This document shows positions 1-10,900 of a DNA stretch of 64,000 nt, one piece after another. A program made the translations under genes and the position numbers. The notes under the pieces were generated by a model. The model searched no databases. It was not told the origin of the DNA and worked only from the letters and a program-made list of their open reading frames with translations. Source of the stretch: Laetmonice hystrix (Eukaryota); assembly GCA_965235115.1 (NCBI GenBank), contig OZ249441.1:30442001-30506000 (forward strand), in the 5' to 3' direction. Positions within the stretch are counted from its first letter, which is position 1; every line of letters starts with the position of its first letter.

Positions 1-3000
1 GTGGATTTATAGCAGCAGAGGTCATATCAGAAAGTAAATTCTTTTAGTGAAACATAAATGCAATACTGGATACTCGTCGTCGTCGTCGTCGGATACTAAA
101 CGTGTGTCCTTTATTAGATAAACGCCATTTCAGGATACATGTTGTACTTGATACTGACGTCAATGTAAACCTACACCTGGTTGACGGCTGAATCATCATC
201 CTGCAATTACTGCTACTGGCGTTCAGTGTCACCGTACGCCTTGCCCACACAGGGACTATTCCCAGGAGCTTTCACCCTTTGACCAGCTCGTATTTTCTAG
301 AGATCATAATAGCAAAATGTACGAGTTTTTGCTTCTTTACGAGCTATAAGGCCATACGAGCTCGTACAGTCTTAGTGAAACGAGCCCGATCACAGGCTAG
401 ACAAAGATCTCAAAATATTACTGTAGCGCTACTACTTAAGAGAACAGGCTGGACCCAGTTTGAACTAGCCAGGCAGACAGGCCGTGAATTTGTATGCAAG
501 TTCGAAAAGATTTGAACACAATTGGTGCTCAAATAGTGAAGATATAAGCATTTTAGTGCCGGAATGTAGCAAATATGAATTCCAGGTAACGTTGCATACA
601 CTAAATGATACAGCCATATTTGTTAGAACCTAGACGGGAACCTTCGATAGTGATGAGGAGTCATTAGGCCTACCAACATCAGTGTGTACATCAGGGTATA
701 CACGGATTTGGGCCGCCGTGGGTTTCGGCCGCCTGATCTACGCTCGGAGGTGTGATGTTGATAGAGCTCAGCCCAGCTGGGCCCATACCCTCCACTACAA
801 ACGGGCACCAAGAAGATCCGGTTAGCCTTTTCAAAAAACCTCAGGGTTAGGGGTAGTGATACACTGTAGTTATATTACCAAGAAAATTCTTTGACTGGTT
901 GAGGGATTTAGCCGACATCGATTTACCCCTATGGCGATGAGTCGGAGGCCTACTGGCGGCTGAAAGGCTGCAGTCACCCATCAACACACGCGGGCTGGGA
1001 ACCTGGCCCCGCCCACACCATCGACCCCCTCCGCCCCTGTCTGTGTGCTAGGCCTACTTGTCCAGCTTCTTGTGGGACTCCTCCCCCCCATCACCCACCC
1101 TCCCTGGCCTCCTCTAGCCTAGCTCTTGGCTCTAGGCCTACCGACAACCCCGGCCTCGCTTGATTCAGGATCGGTCCGCTCGCTTGCTGGGAGACAGCGG
1201 CATGCAAATAGATATACCGGTAGACTGGAACTATAAGACACTGCATGTGAGGTCACAGGAGTTCCGGACAGTACCACAATGGCGGCGCTGCTGAAGCCGG
1301 TAACTTTTGATATGGTTGTCATGTTCAACAGATGAGTTCTTGGAATAGGGGGACATTTATTTCCAACTGCTACTGCGAAAGCTGAGTATACGTGGAGGCC
1401 TTGCGGCGGTCCCAATGTAATTTTTGACCAGCCTTCCCCTTTAAAGTTTCTGTTTTCATAGCCTCATGGTTGACTCACGTCTAGGTGCCTATCGTCTTTG
1501 TAACATCAAATAATTATTTAAAACGTCAAATAAAAGAGGATATTATTAAAGGGCTGTCTATAAATATCATTTTGAAGAGAGACAGAGAGATGAAAACGTG
1601 ATACGAGAACCGACAGTTGACTGACTTCGGTCTAAGTTCTGTTTAGTTCTAGTAATATATCCTGTATAGATAATTACGTTAACAAATAGTGAGGTCCCAT
1701 GCGGTTGGTGGAAATCATCAATCGAGATCGAACGACTGGGCCATTTTGATGACCTCAGTGACGATCGTTGATTTAATAAACCTGTGAGTCGATGACCTCA
1801 GTGTCAAGCAACACTCTGACAAGTTCCGGAATGACATGACTTCTGACAGGCGATGATGTCATTTAACCGAGCATCGGTGGATGATGGACACGTCAGGGCT
1901 GGAGTTGATGATGAATGCCGGGCAAGGCCCGCGGCCCGGGCGCAGGTTGCCTGCACCCACACAGACAGTTAAGTTGTCCCCTGGGTCCCGCTCGCTCAGG
2001 CCCCAGCGGGCAGCCTGCTCCCTGGGTCAGAAGGCTCCAGCGGGACAAGCTTGTGTCATGTCCGGCTCCCCAACCTCCAGGGTCAACCCTGGAACGACTC
2101 CAGTGGGAGGAGTTTACTGGGACCGGCCGCCATCGGCCCGCCTGGATGATCGCCAGTGATGGCCTCTGTGCACGTGATCACCGTGCACTTGGCTTTCATC
2201 CACCTGTGGACCCACAAACCCACAGAGGACCCGTGGAAGTACAGCCGCTGGCCAGGACGGCCCGGACGGCCCCCGTACTGACTGACCCCCACTCTCTGAT
2301 TGATTACCGTTATAACAAAGTGCAAGTAATGCCAGGAGTAACGCAGCGTGGTGCTGGTGTATAGATCGGTAGTTTTACATTATGTCGACTACCGTTTCTT
2401 CAGGACAGAAAGTCCGTGCTTTTTTTGTCCGGTGACGATGATGAGGATGATACACGGGTCAAAGGCCCTACGCTGATCGACAAGTGGCAGGGAGTCTTTT
2501 CCGTACAAATACTGCATCAGCAACACTGCACAGGCAATGCTTTGCACGCGAGTAACGCAGCCAATCGAAGGCCATACAAAAAAGTTGCTTTGTGTCCTCT
2601 CTATAGACTATTAAAATTCCCCTTCCCTAATAATTTCTTTTATGATTCCATTTTAAAAAAAGCTCAGGTTACATGTAGGCTATAAAATGCAGGTGATCTC
2701 CCCCTTTGATTGTTTAAAAATCTGAGATTCTAATGATAATTAATTATTAAAGCAATCGCACCGACAAGACTTGTAGGGCATGTGCACTAAGTACATTAAA
2801 TACACTGCAGTCTGTCTTTTTTTTTAAGTAGAGTCAATTCCAAACATCAGTTATTCTTTGCCTCAACTCATTCTTTAAAAAGATGTGCTGGTACATCTGG
2901 TTGATTCATACCCTGGAAAGCCTGCAGGACGCTGAATGCACTTCAGTTGGGATATTGTCTGAGTGCATTCTGCCACCGCCACGCTCCAAACATACCTGAC

Positions 3001-3880
3001 CTGGAACTAGCTGGAAACTGGTTCCTGGCTCTCTCGTCCACTGGGGGTTGGGGGTCGGGTTATAATGAATGCTTACCTAAATGAACTGAACTAAATCACA
3101 AACGTAACCCTTACTTGGCCAACAATATAATGTTAATCTGTTATATACAGGTTACAGTGCCATCAAAGTTAGATGTCGCATAGGTGGTAGGAAACACGGT
3201 TGTAAACACCCACAGTTAGGAGTTGATCTGCATGGCTTATACTTCGCCCACCTGTCCATACCACATTCTCAACACGATTTTTCAGATGCCTGGATCATTA
3301 CCTCCTCCATGAGATCCACATCGCTGCAGCTCTAATTCAAGCCGCACATCAAAAGGGTGTCACAATCGTGGGGCGACTGTAGCCACATCACAATCACACA
3401 CCCACGCCCTGTATGAGCCGCCCCATCAAATCATCAGAGTGGCGTCTTTCGTAACATCATGACATATTCAATAGCTCGTCCATTATCAGCACCTGCTGAA
3501 TAATTCACTTCAGTCTCGGTACCGCTATCTTGTCCTCAACTCACCAACGTTATGAGCCATTGAACCGCTCTGGCTCTGTAACATCATAGGCCACCCGCCT
3601 AACGTCTATAACGTTTATATTTCCTCTAACTTTCATCCATTTTACAATAATCTAATATAGCTTTTCAGTAAACCATGGAAAACACTTTCTAAAATTAAAA
3701 CATTTTACTGCAATCTCTCGTTAAGTTACCGATATTTACCGTTTGGAAGGTTATAGGGCCACCAGGCTCGGTAAATCATATTCCAATGAACATTATAATA
3801 GCCATTATAGTATTATATTACTCTGATGTGACCCTTGGGAGAGTTTTGTTCGCCAGTGTGTAAGAGCTTAATCACACTAG

Positions 3881-4150
3881 TGGCCGGTTGCAAGGACATA
3901 GTTAATCTCGAGATTAACCCAATCTGTGGATTTACGCATATTTTCAGTTCCCAGAAAGTCAGAATTTTCTAGCTTTTTCTCATTTTTGGAGACTGACCCA
4001 TATTTCGCTGGCCAAGCACAAAAGAATTCCATTAAACAGGACTACCAAACTTACCCAACCTTAAATCTAGGCTAGATAGTAAGTTAAGCCATTCTTGGGA
4101 TTAACCAGAGAGTGTGGATTAACTTCACAAAATGTTCTTGCAACCGGCCA
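3881..4150. mobile_element. MITE (PIF/Harbinger-like ends, tentative)
   Basis: Terminal inverted repeats TGGCCGGTTGCAAG(G/A)ACAT, 19 bp with 1 mismatch. The flanks are TAG/TTA, so there is no perfect TSD. Confidence 0.6.
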
Positions 4151-4271
4151 TTAATGTTTAGTCTGAATATCCTCATATTTATAAGGTGATCAGCCTAGTC
4201 ATTCAGCTTACATTCGGCACAGATTTACAATTCACGCAATATCTCTGTCGGGTTCATCTAAAGGCCGCCGC

Positions 4272-4468
4272 ACACGACGAACATTTGTGCGCGAACATTT
4301 GTTCCCGAACAAAAATCCGCTCGTGTGCGGTGATCAAAACGCCGAACGAACGGTATTCAAAAATGTTTAATACCGACGAACAATTGTTCGTTCGGCGTTT
4401 TGATCACCGCACACGAGCGGATTTTTGTTCGGGAACAAATGTTCGCGCACAAATCATGTTCGTCGTGT
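4272..4468. mobile_element. Palindromic foldback MITE
   Basis: ~80-bp near-perfect inverted arms (4272-4351 vs 4386-4468) around a 34-nt loop that itself contains a small GGTATT..AATACC hairpin. Confidence 0.75.
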
Positions 4469-4502
4469 TGCATCTGCTGCAAAGTACAAACTTCAACAGG
4501 GA

Positions 4503-4557
4503 CGCCCCCTGGTGGAATAATCTTCCACTACTTATTGTTCTTGCCACCAGAGGGCAG
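4503..4557. promoter_or_regulatory. Divergent pair of CTCF-consensus motifs
   Basis: CCACCAGGGGGCG on the minus strand (4503-4515) and CCACCAGAGGGCAG on the plus strand (4544-4557). Confidence 0.55.
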
Positions 4558-4714
4558 AACGTTAAAACGTCATCATCAAACAGAACAACTTGTGCATGCC
4601 GAGTTCAAGGTACGGGTAGTTCATAAGATACATTATTCTCTCCTCAATGGAACGGCGTTGAGATACTAATACTAAGCAGTGTGAATGGTAGTAGTAGCCA
4701 AGAGATAAGCATAA

Positions 4715-4963
4715 GGGCCTGTTTTTTTTGTTTACTTTTCCACCGTGAGCAAGGGTGAGCTGGGCTGAGCAAGCTAGCGAGGCTCATGGCATGCTCACCG
4801 TTTTGCTCACCGTTTTCGTTTTTTGGGTTGTTTTTTTCGTTAGCTTGCTCACCATGAGCACGCTTCACGGGGGGTCCCCCCACACACAAAAAAACACGAA
4901 AACGGTGACCATGAGCTCATGCCCACCCTCACGGTAGAGAAGTAGACAAAAAAAAATGGGCCC
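4715..4963. mobile_element. MITE with GGGCC termini
   Basis: Imperfect ~40-bp inverted ends (gggcctgttttttttgtttacttttccaccgtgag vs ctcacggtagagaagtagacaaaaaaaaatgggccc) and internal gctcacc/ggtgagc repeats. TAA is present at the left flank only. Confidence 0.6.
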
Positions 4964-4972
4964 AGGACTGAC

Positions 4973-7900
4973 CCGTTTGATATTGGAACCACCAGAGCCA
5001 AGTGAGCTCAGTGATATCGACCCAATAGAACGGGCACTACTCAAGTGCTGCAGGTCTGTCTTCTCCGTCTTCAAGATATCCACATACTTCTGGAGATCCT
5101 CGATACGCTCCTGCAGGAGGAAGTGGGAACAGTATGATAAGAAAGAGATGATGATGCTTTTTCACTTTGACTTCCATTGAATCTTTCTACAATGACATTC
5201 CTGTCAATTCCTATCCCAGTCTTTACCCATTGTCTCCTGTCCTTCCCATATTTCACAAGATGTTTCTGTAACTCAGTGTGAGTTAATTCTCTGAGCCTGG
5301 TAGAAATCCCGGAGATTCTGTCTTACCTTCAGACGGGGGATATCCTTCCTCGCTTGCTCAACCTCAAACTTTAGCTCAATGTTCTCCTCAGACAGTTTGA
5401 GCACCTGTTTTTGAAGTTCATGTTCCTTCTCCGAGAGTTCTCTGTAGGCAGCTTGTGAGACAACACCTTCCCCATTCAATTCCTGACGACAAGAACACAC
5501 ATGCAGGGTTTAATCTCAGTACGAAACAAGAAACGACAGGATAAGTGATCTATAATGTTTGCCCAGTACAAAAAGACTTATGAATATAAAACATTAAAGT
5601 CAAATATAATAATATAAGAGAAGAAACTGGCTGTCACAAGGTCCTCTATAAATATTACCTGGGATGCAGTCAGCCGTCGAGCCATCTCTTGTTCAAGTTG
5701 TTTGAGTTTATCTGACAGGAACTTGTTGCGAAGTTGGACCTCCTCAAAAGCTGTGTCATGGCTTTTGGTCAGCTGGCGTTTCAGCTTTGCCACCTGGTAT
5801 GAAAGATTTGTTGGATCATCTGTGATAACTAAATTAAAAAGAGATTGAGGGAAGTAATTTTCTTTTGACCTTTTGAAATCTGACCATTCCTAAGTGATCA
5901 ACCCAGAGGAGCCTACATGAGTAAGATATCACACTGTAATAGTATAGTCAACACCTACTTCTTCCTCAAGTTCATAATTTTTCCGTCTGAGTGGCTCGAT
6001 ATTGTGAGAGGCTGAGGAATCGGGCTTGGCACTTGTCTGCTTCTCGTCAGTCGGAACAACACCACTGGCACCACCTTTTGTTGCCATGCGTAACTTGGAC
6101 TCTAAGCTCTCCTTGTCACGATTAGCCCTGAAAGAAAAAGTTCAGTTGGAAGGGATTTTTTAAATCACATATTGGTTTATTTTTATATCTTTTGCTCCCT
6201 AGAAACTTCAGAAAATTGTTATTCAATTGTTGAATTTGTAGTGAGACTATATTATTCCTTTTATATAATTTTATGCATATGGTTTTTGAGCCATCCTCAG
6301 CCTTACTACCACATTTCACCATGTCCTGCTGTGAAGTATCGATCAAATCTAGAGGTGAGCTAACTTATGTGTAGGAAAGTACCTACCTTTCTATTCCGTT
6401 TTTGAACAGTTCGTTAGACTTGGAGAGCTTCTCAATTTCTTGATCTTTCTCTTTGATGCGACCTTTTAGTCTGTCTACCATTTTCTGCCATTTCTTGCTT
6501 TCCTCCCAGCGTACCAAGGCTTCATCTCGACTCTTTATATAATGTTCAAGTTCAAGGCAAGGCCTTATTACTTTGTTGCAGAATCTATTAATATTTCTAG
6601 AAGTCTTCATACCTTTATATATTCAGTTTTTGCAGCTTTTTCAGTAACTTATCATCTTTCTTGAATAACCTCAGGTTTACAAGTTTACAAACCTGCCCAT
6701 CCCTGCTCTCCTTAGGTGGTTGCTGCTCAACATATGGCTTCTCTGGTTGATGCTTTGCTCTTGTTAATTCCTCCTGTAGGAGACGATTTTTTCTCCGCAG
6801 TTCATCTATCTCCAGGCTGCCTTGTTCAGATGGTAGTCCTCCACGTTGTTTTGACATAGTAGACATACGCTCCACTTTACGTTCCAGTTCTTCCACCTCA
6901 CCCTCCATACGTGCACGGTCTTCCTTCAACTTGCGCATGATTCCTTCTTTCTTTGCTGAGACAGCAATGATTTAGTCAGCATGAGCATGACACAAGAACA
7001 ATACCCTGTAAGGTCATTAGATATAAAGCAACAATTCCAATATTTTGAATAATTTCGTGAAATATTTTGTTTAGTTATGTTTGTAATATATATACATTAA
7101 TGATGAATCAACACACTAGTAATACATACCAAGGTCATGTTTGGTCTCATCAAGCTCAGCGCTCAGGTTGGAGTCCTTCTCTCTTAGTCTTTTTAGATCT
7201 CTCTTCATTTTCTGGTTCTGTGTTGTTAATTCCTCAATCTGGTCCTAATAACCCATTATAAGTTTAAGTATACAGATATTCAAATATTAAACGTAGATGA
7301 TATAACTGTGTTAACTACACATCCATAATGAACTTCAAATTAATTCTAATAGCATCACAACTACAGTTGAGTAAAATCACAAAATCATTATAAACGATTA
7401 TTAGAAAATGCTAGTTATTAGAAACTACAAAACTATAAACTTATAAGGAAGGGAGGTGTACTGGCTGTGGGCTGATCAATCAAGACAGGTCGGTTTGTCC
7501 CAGATGGGGATCAATCAAAGACAGGTAAATTTGTCTCAGACAGAGATCAATCAAAGACAGGTAAATTTGTCTCAGACAGAGATCAATCAAAGACAGGTCG
7601 GTTTGTCTCAGATGGAGATCAATCAGGACAGGTCGGTTTGTCTCAGATAAAGATCAATCAAAGACAGGTCGGTTTGTCTCAGATGGAGATCAATCAAAGA
7701 CAGGTCGGTTTGTCTCAGATGGAGATCAATCAAAGACAGGTAGATTTGTCTCAGATGGAGATCAATCAAAGACAGGTCGGTTTGTCTCAGATGGGGATCA
7801 ATCAAAGACAGGTAGATTTGTCTCAGATGGAGATCAATCAAAGACAGGTCGGTTTGTCTCAGATGGGGATCAATCAAAGACAGGTCGGTTTGTCTCAGAT

Positions 7901-10900
7901 GGAGATCAATCAAAGACAGGTCGGTTTGTCTCAGATGGAGATCAATCAAAGACAGGTAGATTTGTCTCAGATGGAGATCAATCAAAGACAGGTCGGTTTG
8001 TCTCAGATTGGGATCAATCGAAGGATTTGTCTTACCTGGAGCTCCTTGGTCTTTTTCTCTACGACCTTCTGGATGTTATGTTCCACAGCTGTCTGCTCCA
8101 TGTTGGCCATCACCTGATCTTGGGCATTGGTCACCATGTCTGCCCGCAGCTCAGTTAGTGCCTTACTGAGGGCCTGCCAACACCAAACACAGCCTTACTG
8201 AGGGCCTACCAACACCACAACCTTACTGTGGGCTTACCAACATCAAACATGACCTTACTGAGGGCCTGCCAACACCAAACACAGCCTTACTGAGAGCCTA
8301 CCAACACCACAACCTTACTGTGGGCTTACTAACATCAAACATGACCTTACTGAGGGTCTGGCAACACCAAACATGTTTTAATGCTGAGGGCCCATTAACA
8401 CCAAACATGTCCTTGCTGAGGGCCTGTCAACACCAAACGGCCTTACTGAGGGTTTGGCAACACCAAACACTGCCTTAAAAAGTCTGCTACTGTCAGCTTA
8501 AATGGAAGTGGGGGGGGGGGGGGAAATCAGTTACTGCCTTACTAAAGGGATAAAAGGCTTACTGAAGGCTGTCAATGCTAGCTAACACCACTTCTATCCT
8601 TCACAGCAAGCCTACTTACCTTTTGTTGTTTTTCCTTGAGTGCTAACTGGTTCTTTAGTCGTTCCACCATGTTCTTCATTGTGACAGTTGGAGCACGTAT
8701 ATTGTCTTCTTTCTGAGTCTTCAGCTCAGCCTCTGTTAAGTCAAGCTCCTTCTCTTGTTCACTGAGCTTCTGCCGGACCTCCTCTAACTCATCTTGAAGG
8801 TTACGTATGGCCTCTGCATGCTCCTCAAGCATTCTTTCAAACAAATAACATTTGCAGGTGAAGCCATCATACAGTAATAAGCTATAAGATATTATTAATT
8901 TACTTCAAGCTGCTTTTGCAAAATTTGGGCTAATTAGACACCATGTCTAATCTGCTTGGCTTCCAGGTCAACACTACATACCGGGGTAATTTCTCATTGT
9001 GCCATATATGAAAGAGAAAATCTTGTTATTTTTATAATCTTTACATTTATCCTTATGAAATTGGTAATTTGATTAAATGCAGAGTTAGTTTGAAAATGCT
9101 TACCCCTCTTTGTCCTCATGGTTTGCACGTATGGCATCTTCGTACTTGTATTTCCAGTCCTGGATTTCTTGTCGTGCCTTGTTCAGCTTGTCACGCATGG
9201 CTGATAGAGAGTTGTCCTGTTCAGCTACTACATCTTCCAGCTCATTTAGACGTCTCAGCTGAACAATGGTTTAAATTAATTTTCATATCTTAAAAAATAT
9301 TGACACAAGAGTAGCTACAGTCTGACAAATAAAATATTTGTTACTTGCTTTACAGCAGCTTTCAAAGCTTCATAAAACATTATATACTAGTAAGAATTAT
9401 AAGAATCAAATCTTATCTTCTTTCTCAGTTGTAATAACTTTTATGGTTGTTTAAAGTCTTACTCACCTGGTCATTTGTTGGAACAGGGGCAGACGGCTTG
9501 CTGACAGATTCAAGTGCAGCTTGTTTGAACTTTGCAAATGCTGCATCACTCTTACTGTGGAGCTTCTCCTGGAGAGACTGAAGTTCGGCCTGATGTTGAG
9601 CATTCTGAGTGCGCATGTCCTCACGTGCCTGGCTGAGCAGTTCCTGGTACTTCTGCAAGGTCTCCTCCTTCTGAGTCACCCGGGCCTGCCAAGGTCAGGG
9701 CATCAAATTAAGTCACTGTCATGTCAATAGGTGGAAAATATTTTTCCGCAAATATTTTTGTCTCATGAGGTAAATTTAGCTATGCTGTTTAGAAAAGAAA
9801 GAGTCACAGCATTTTATTAGAAAAACCAAGTATTGGTGATGCACCGTTGCACGGTTGACCTTATAATAACCAATAGCCAAGATTTGTTTTTTGTCAAGTT
9901 GACTTAGCAGCACTTAATTAATCATATGTATAAACCAGTTAATTAGCCGTTATGGTACTCAAATACTAAGAAACTTGATGTTTTATGTGTAGATCATGGA
10001 CTTACCTGCAGACTTTGCACTGTTGACTGCGCCACCCTCACTGCCTGCCTCCCTTCCAAGTCCTCTTCTTTAGGAGTGCCAAAAGCTGTTGCTGTGGCTT
10101 TGGCAATGATCTTGTCACGATCTTCAGTTGCCGGGAGACGAAGTCGCAGCTCAGTAATTACACGGTCCCGGTTCGTTATCTCCCTCTCCAGCTGACGTAC
10201 TTGTGCTGCCATCTCGTCAAGTCTCTGTAAGCCAAGTGAGTCAGAATTCCTATGGATATTATCATTAATTAAATCTGTGACTTCTGTCACAAGATGCACC
10301 ACATACTAGTTCCAAGAGAGTTTGGTCATGATATGAACAGAACTATCTGGGCCTGAAAATAGTTGTACCTTCTTGCAAACTTGAGCTTCCCCCTTGGCAT
10401 CCATTATGACCTTGACATTATTCTTGATGGTGGATATGGCATGCTCCAGTTGCTTAGCAACAGGCCAGTTGGGATCAGGCAGGGAGCTGACAGCCTGCTC
10501 AAATTGGTTGGCTGCTCCAGCAATCTCGGCCTGCATGCGTTCCATGTTGTGGATAATTCGTTCCAGCTCTACTTCCCGATGTTCCCACTCCAATTCTCGT
10601 TCTTCAAACTCCTAGAAAACATCATAAAACACAAATGAAAAAAAATATTATTTAGGAAATTTTATCACCATGGTTAAAGTGACAGTCTTGTCCTTCAACA
10701 CTGCAATAAGGTGGCCATGCTATAGGTCAATGTGCTATTTATAGACATCAGTTCCTATGCTACAGCATAGGAGTTGTAGTTATCAATATGCCACTAGATA
10801 GCTGTGAGCATGGTCTAATGGACAAGATCCTCTCTTTAAAAGAAAAACAAAAGTATTATAGAGTGAACCCTTACAATCCACGACCCCTGATCAACTTGAA

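Noticed and set aside
1279-1305. ATGGCGGCGCTGCTGAAGCCG|gtaact as the first exon of a nested plus-strand gene
   Set aside because: No downstream exon could be joined into a recognisable protein, and ATGGCGGC also occurs as a common motif in repeats here.
1745-1850. TGATGA/CTGA boxes suggesting a C/D snoRNA
   Set aside because: There is no terminal stem, and it lies antisense to the host CEP290 transcript.
4186-4669. 146-aa and 89-aa ORFs
   Set aside because: They run through the palindromic MITE and have no protein-like signal.
7474-8117. ORFs 7638..8117 (+) and 7623..7985 (-) with 12-aa repeats; also the 36-bp array as a CRISPR
   Set aside because: These are by-products of a stop-free 36-bp minisatellite inside a CEP290 intron, with no spacers.
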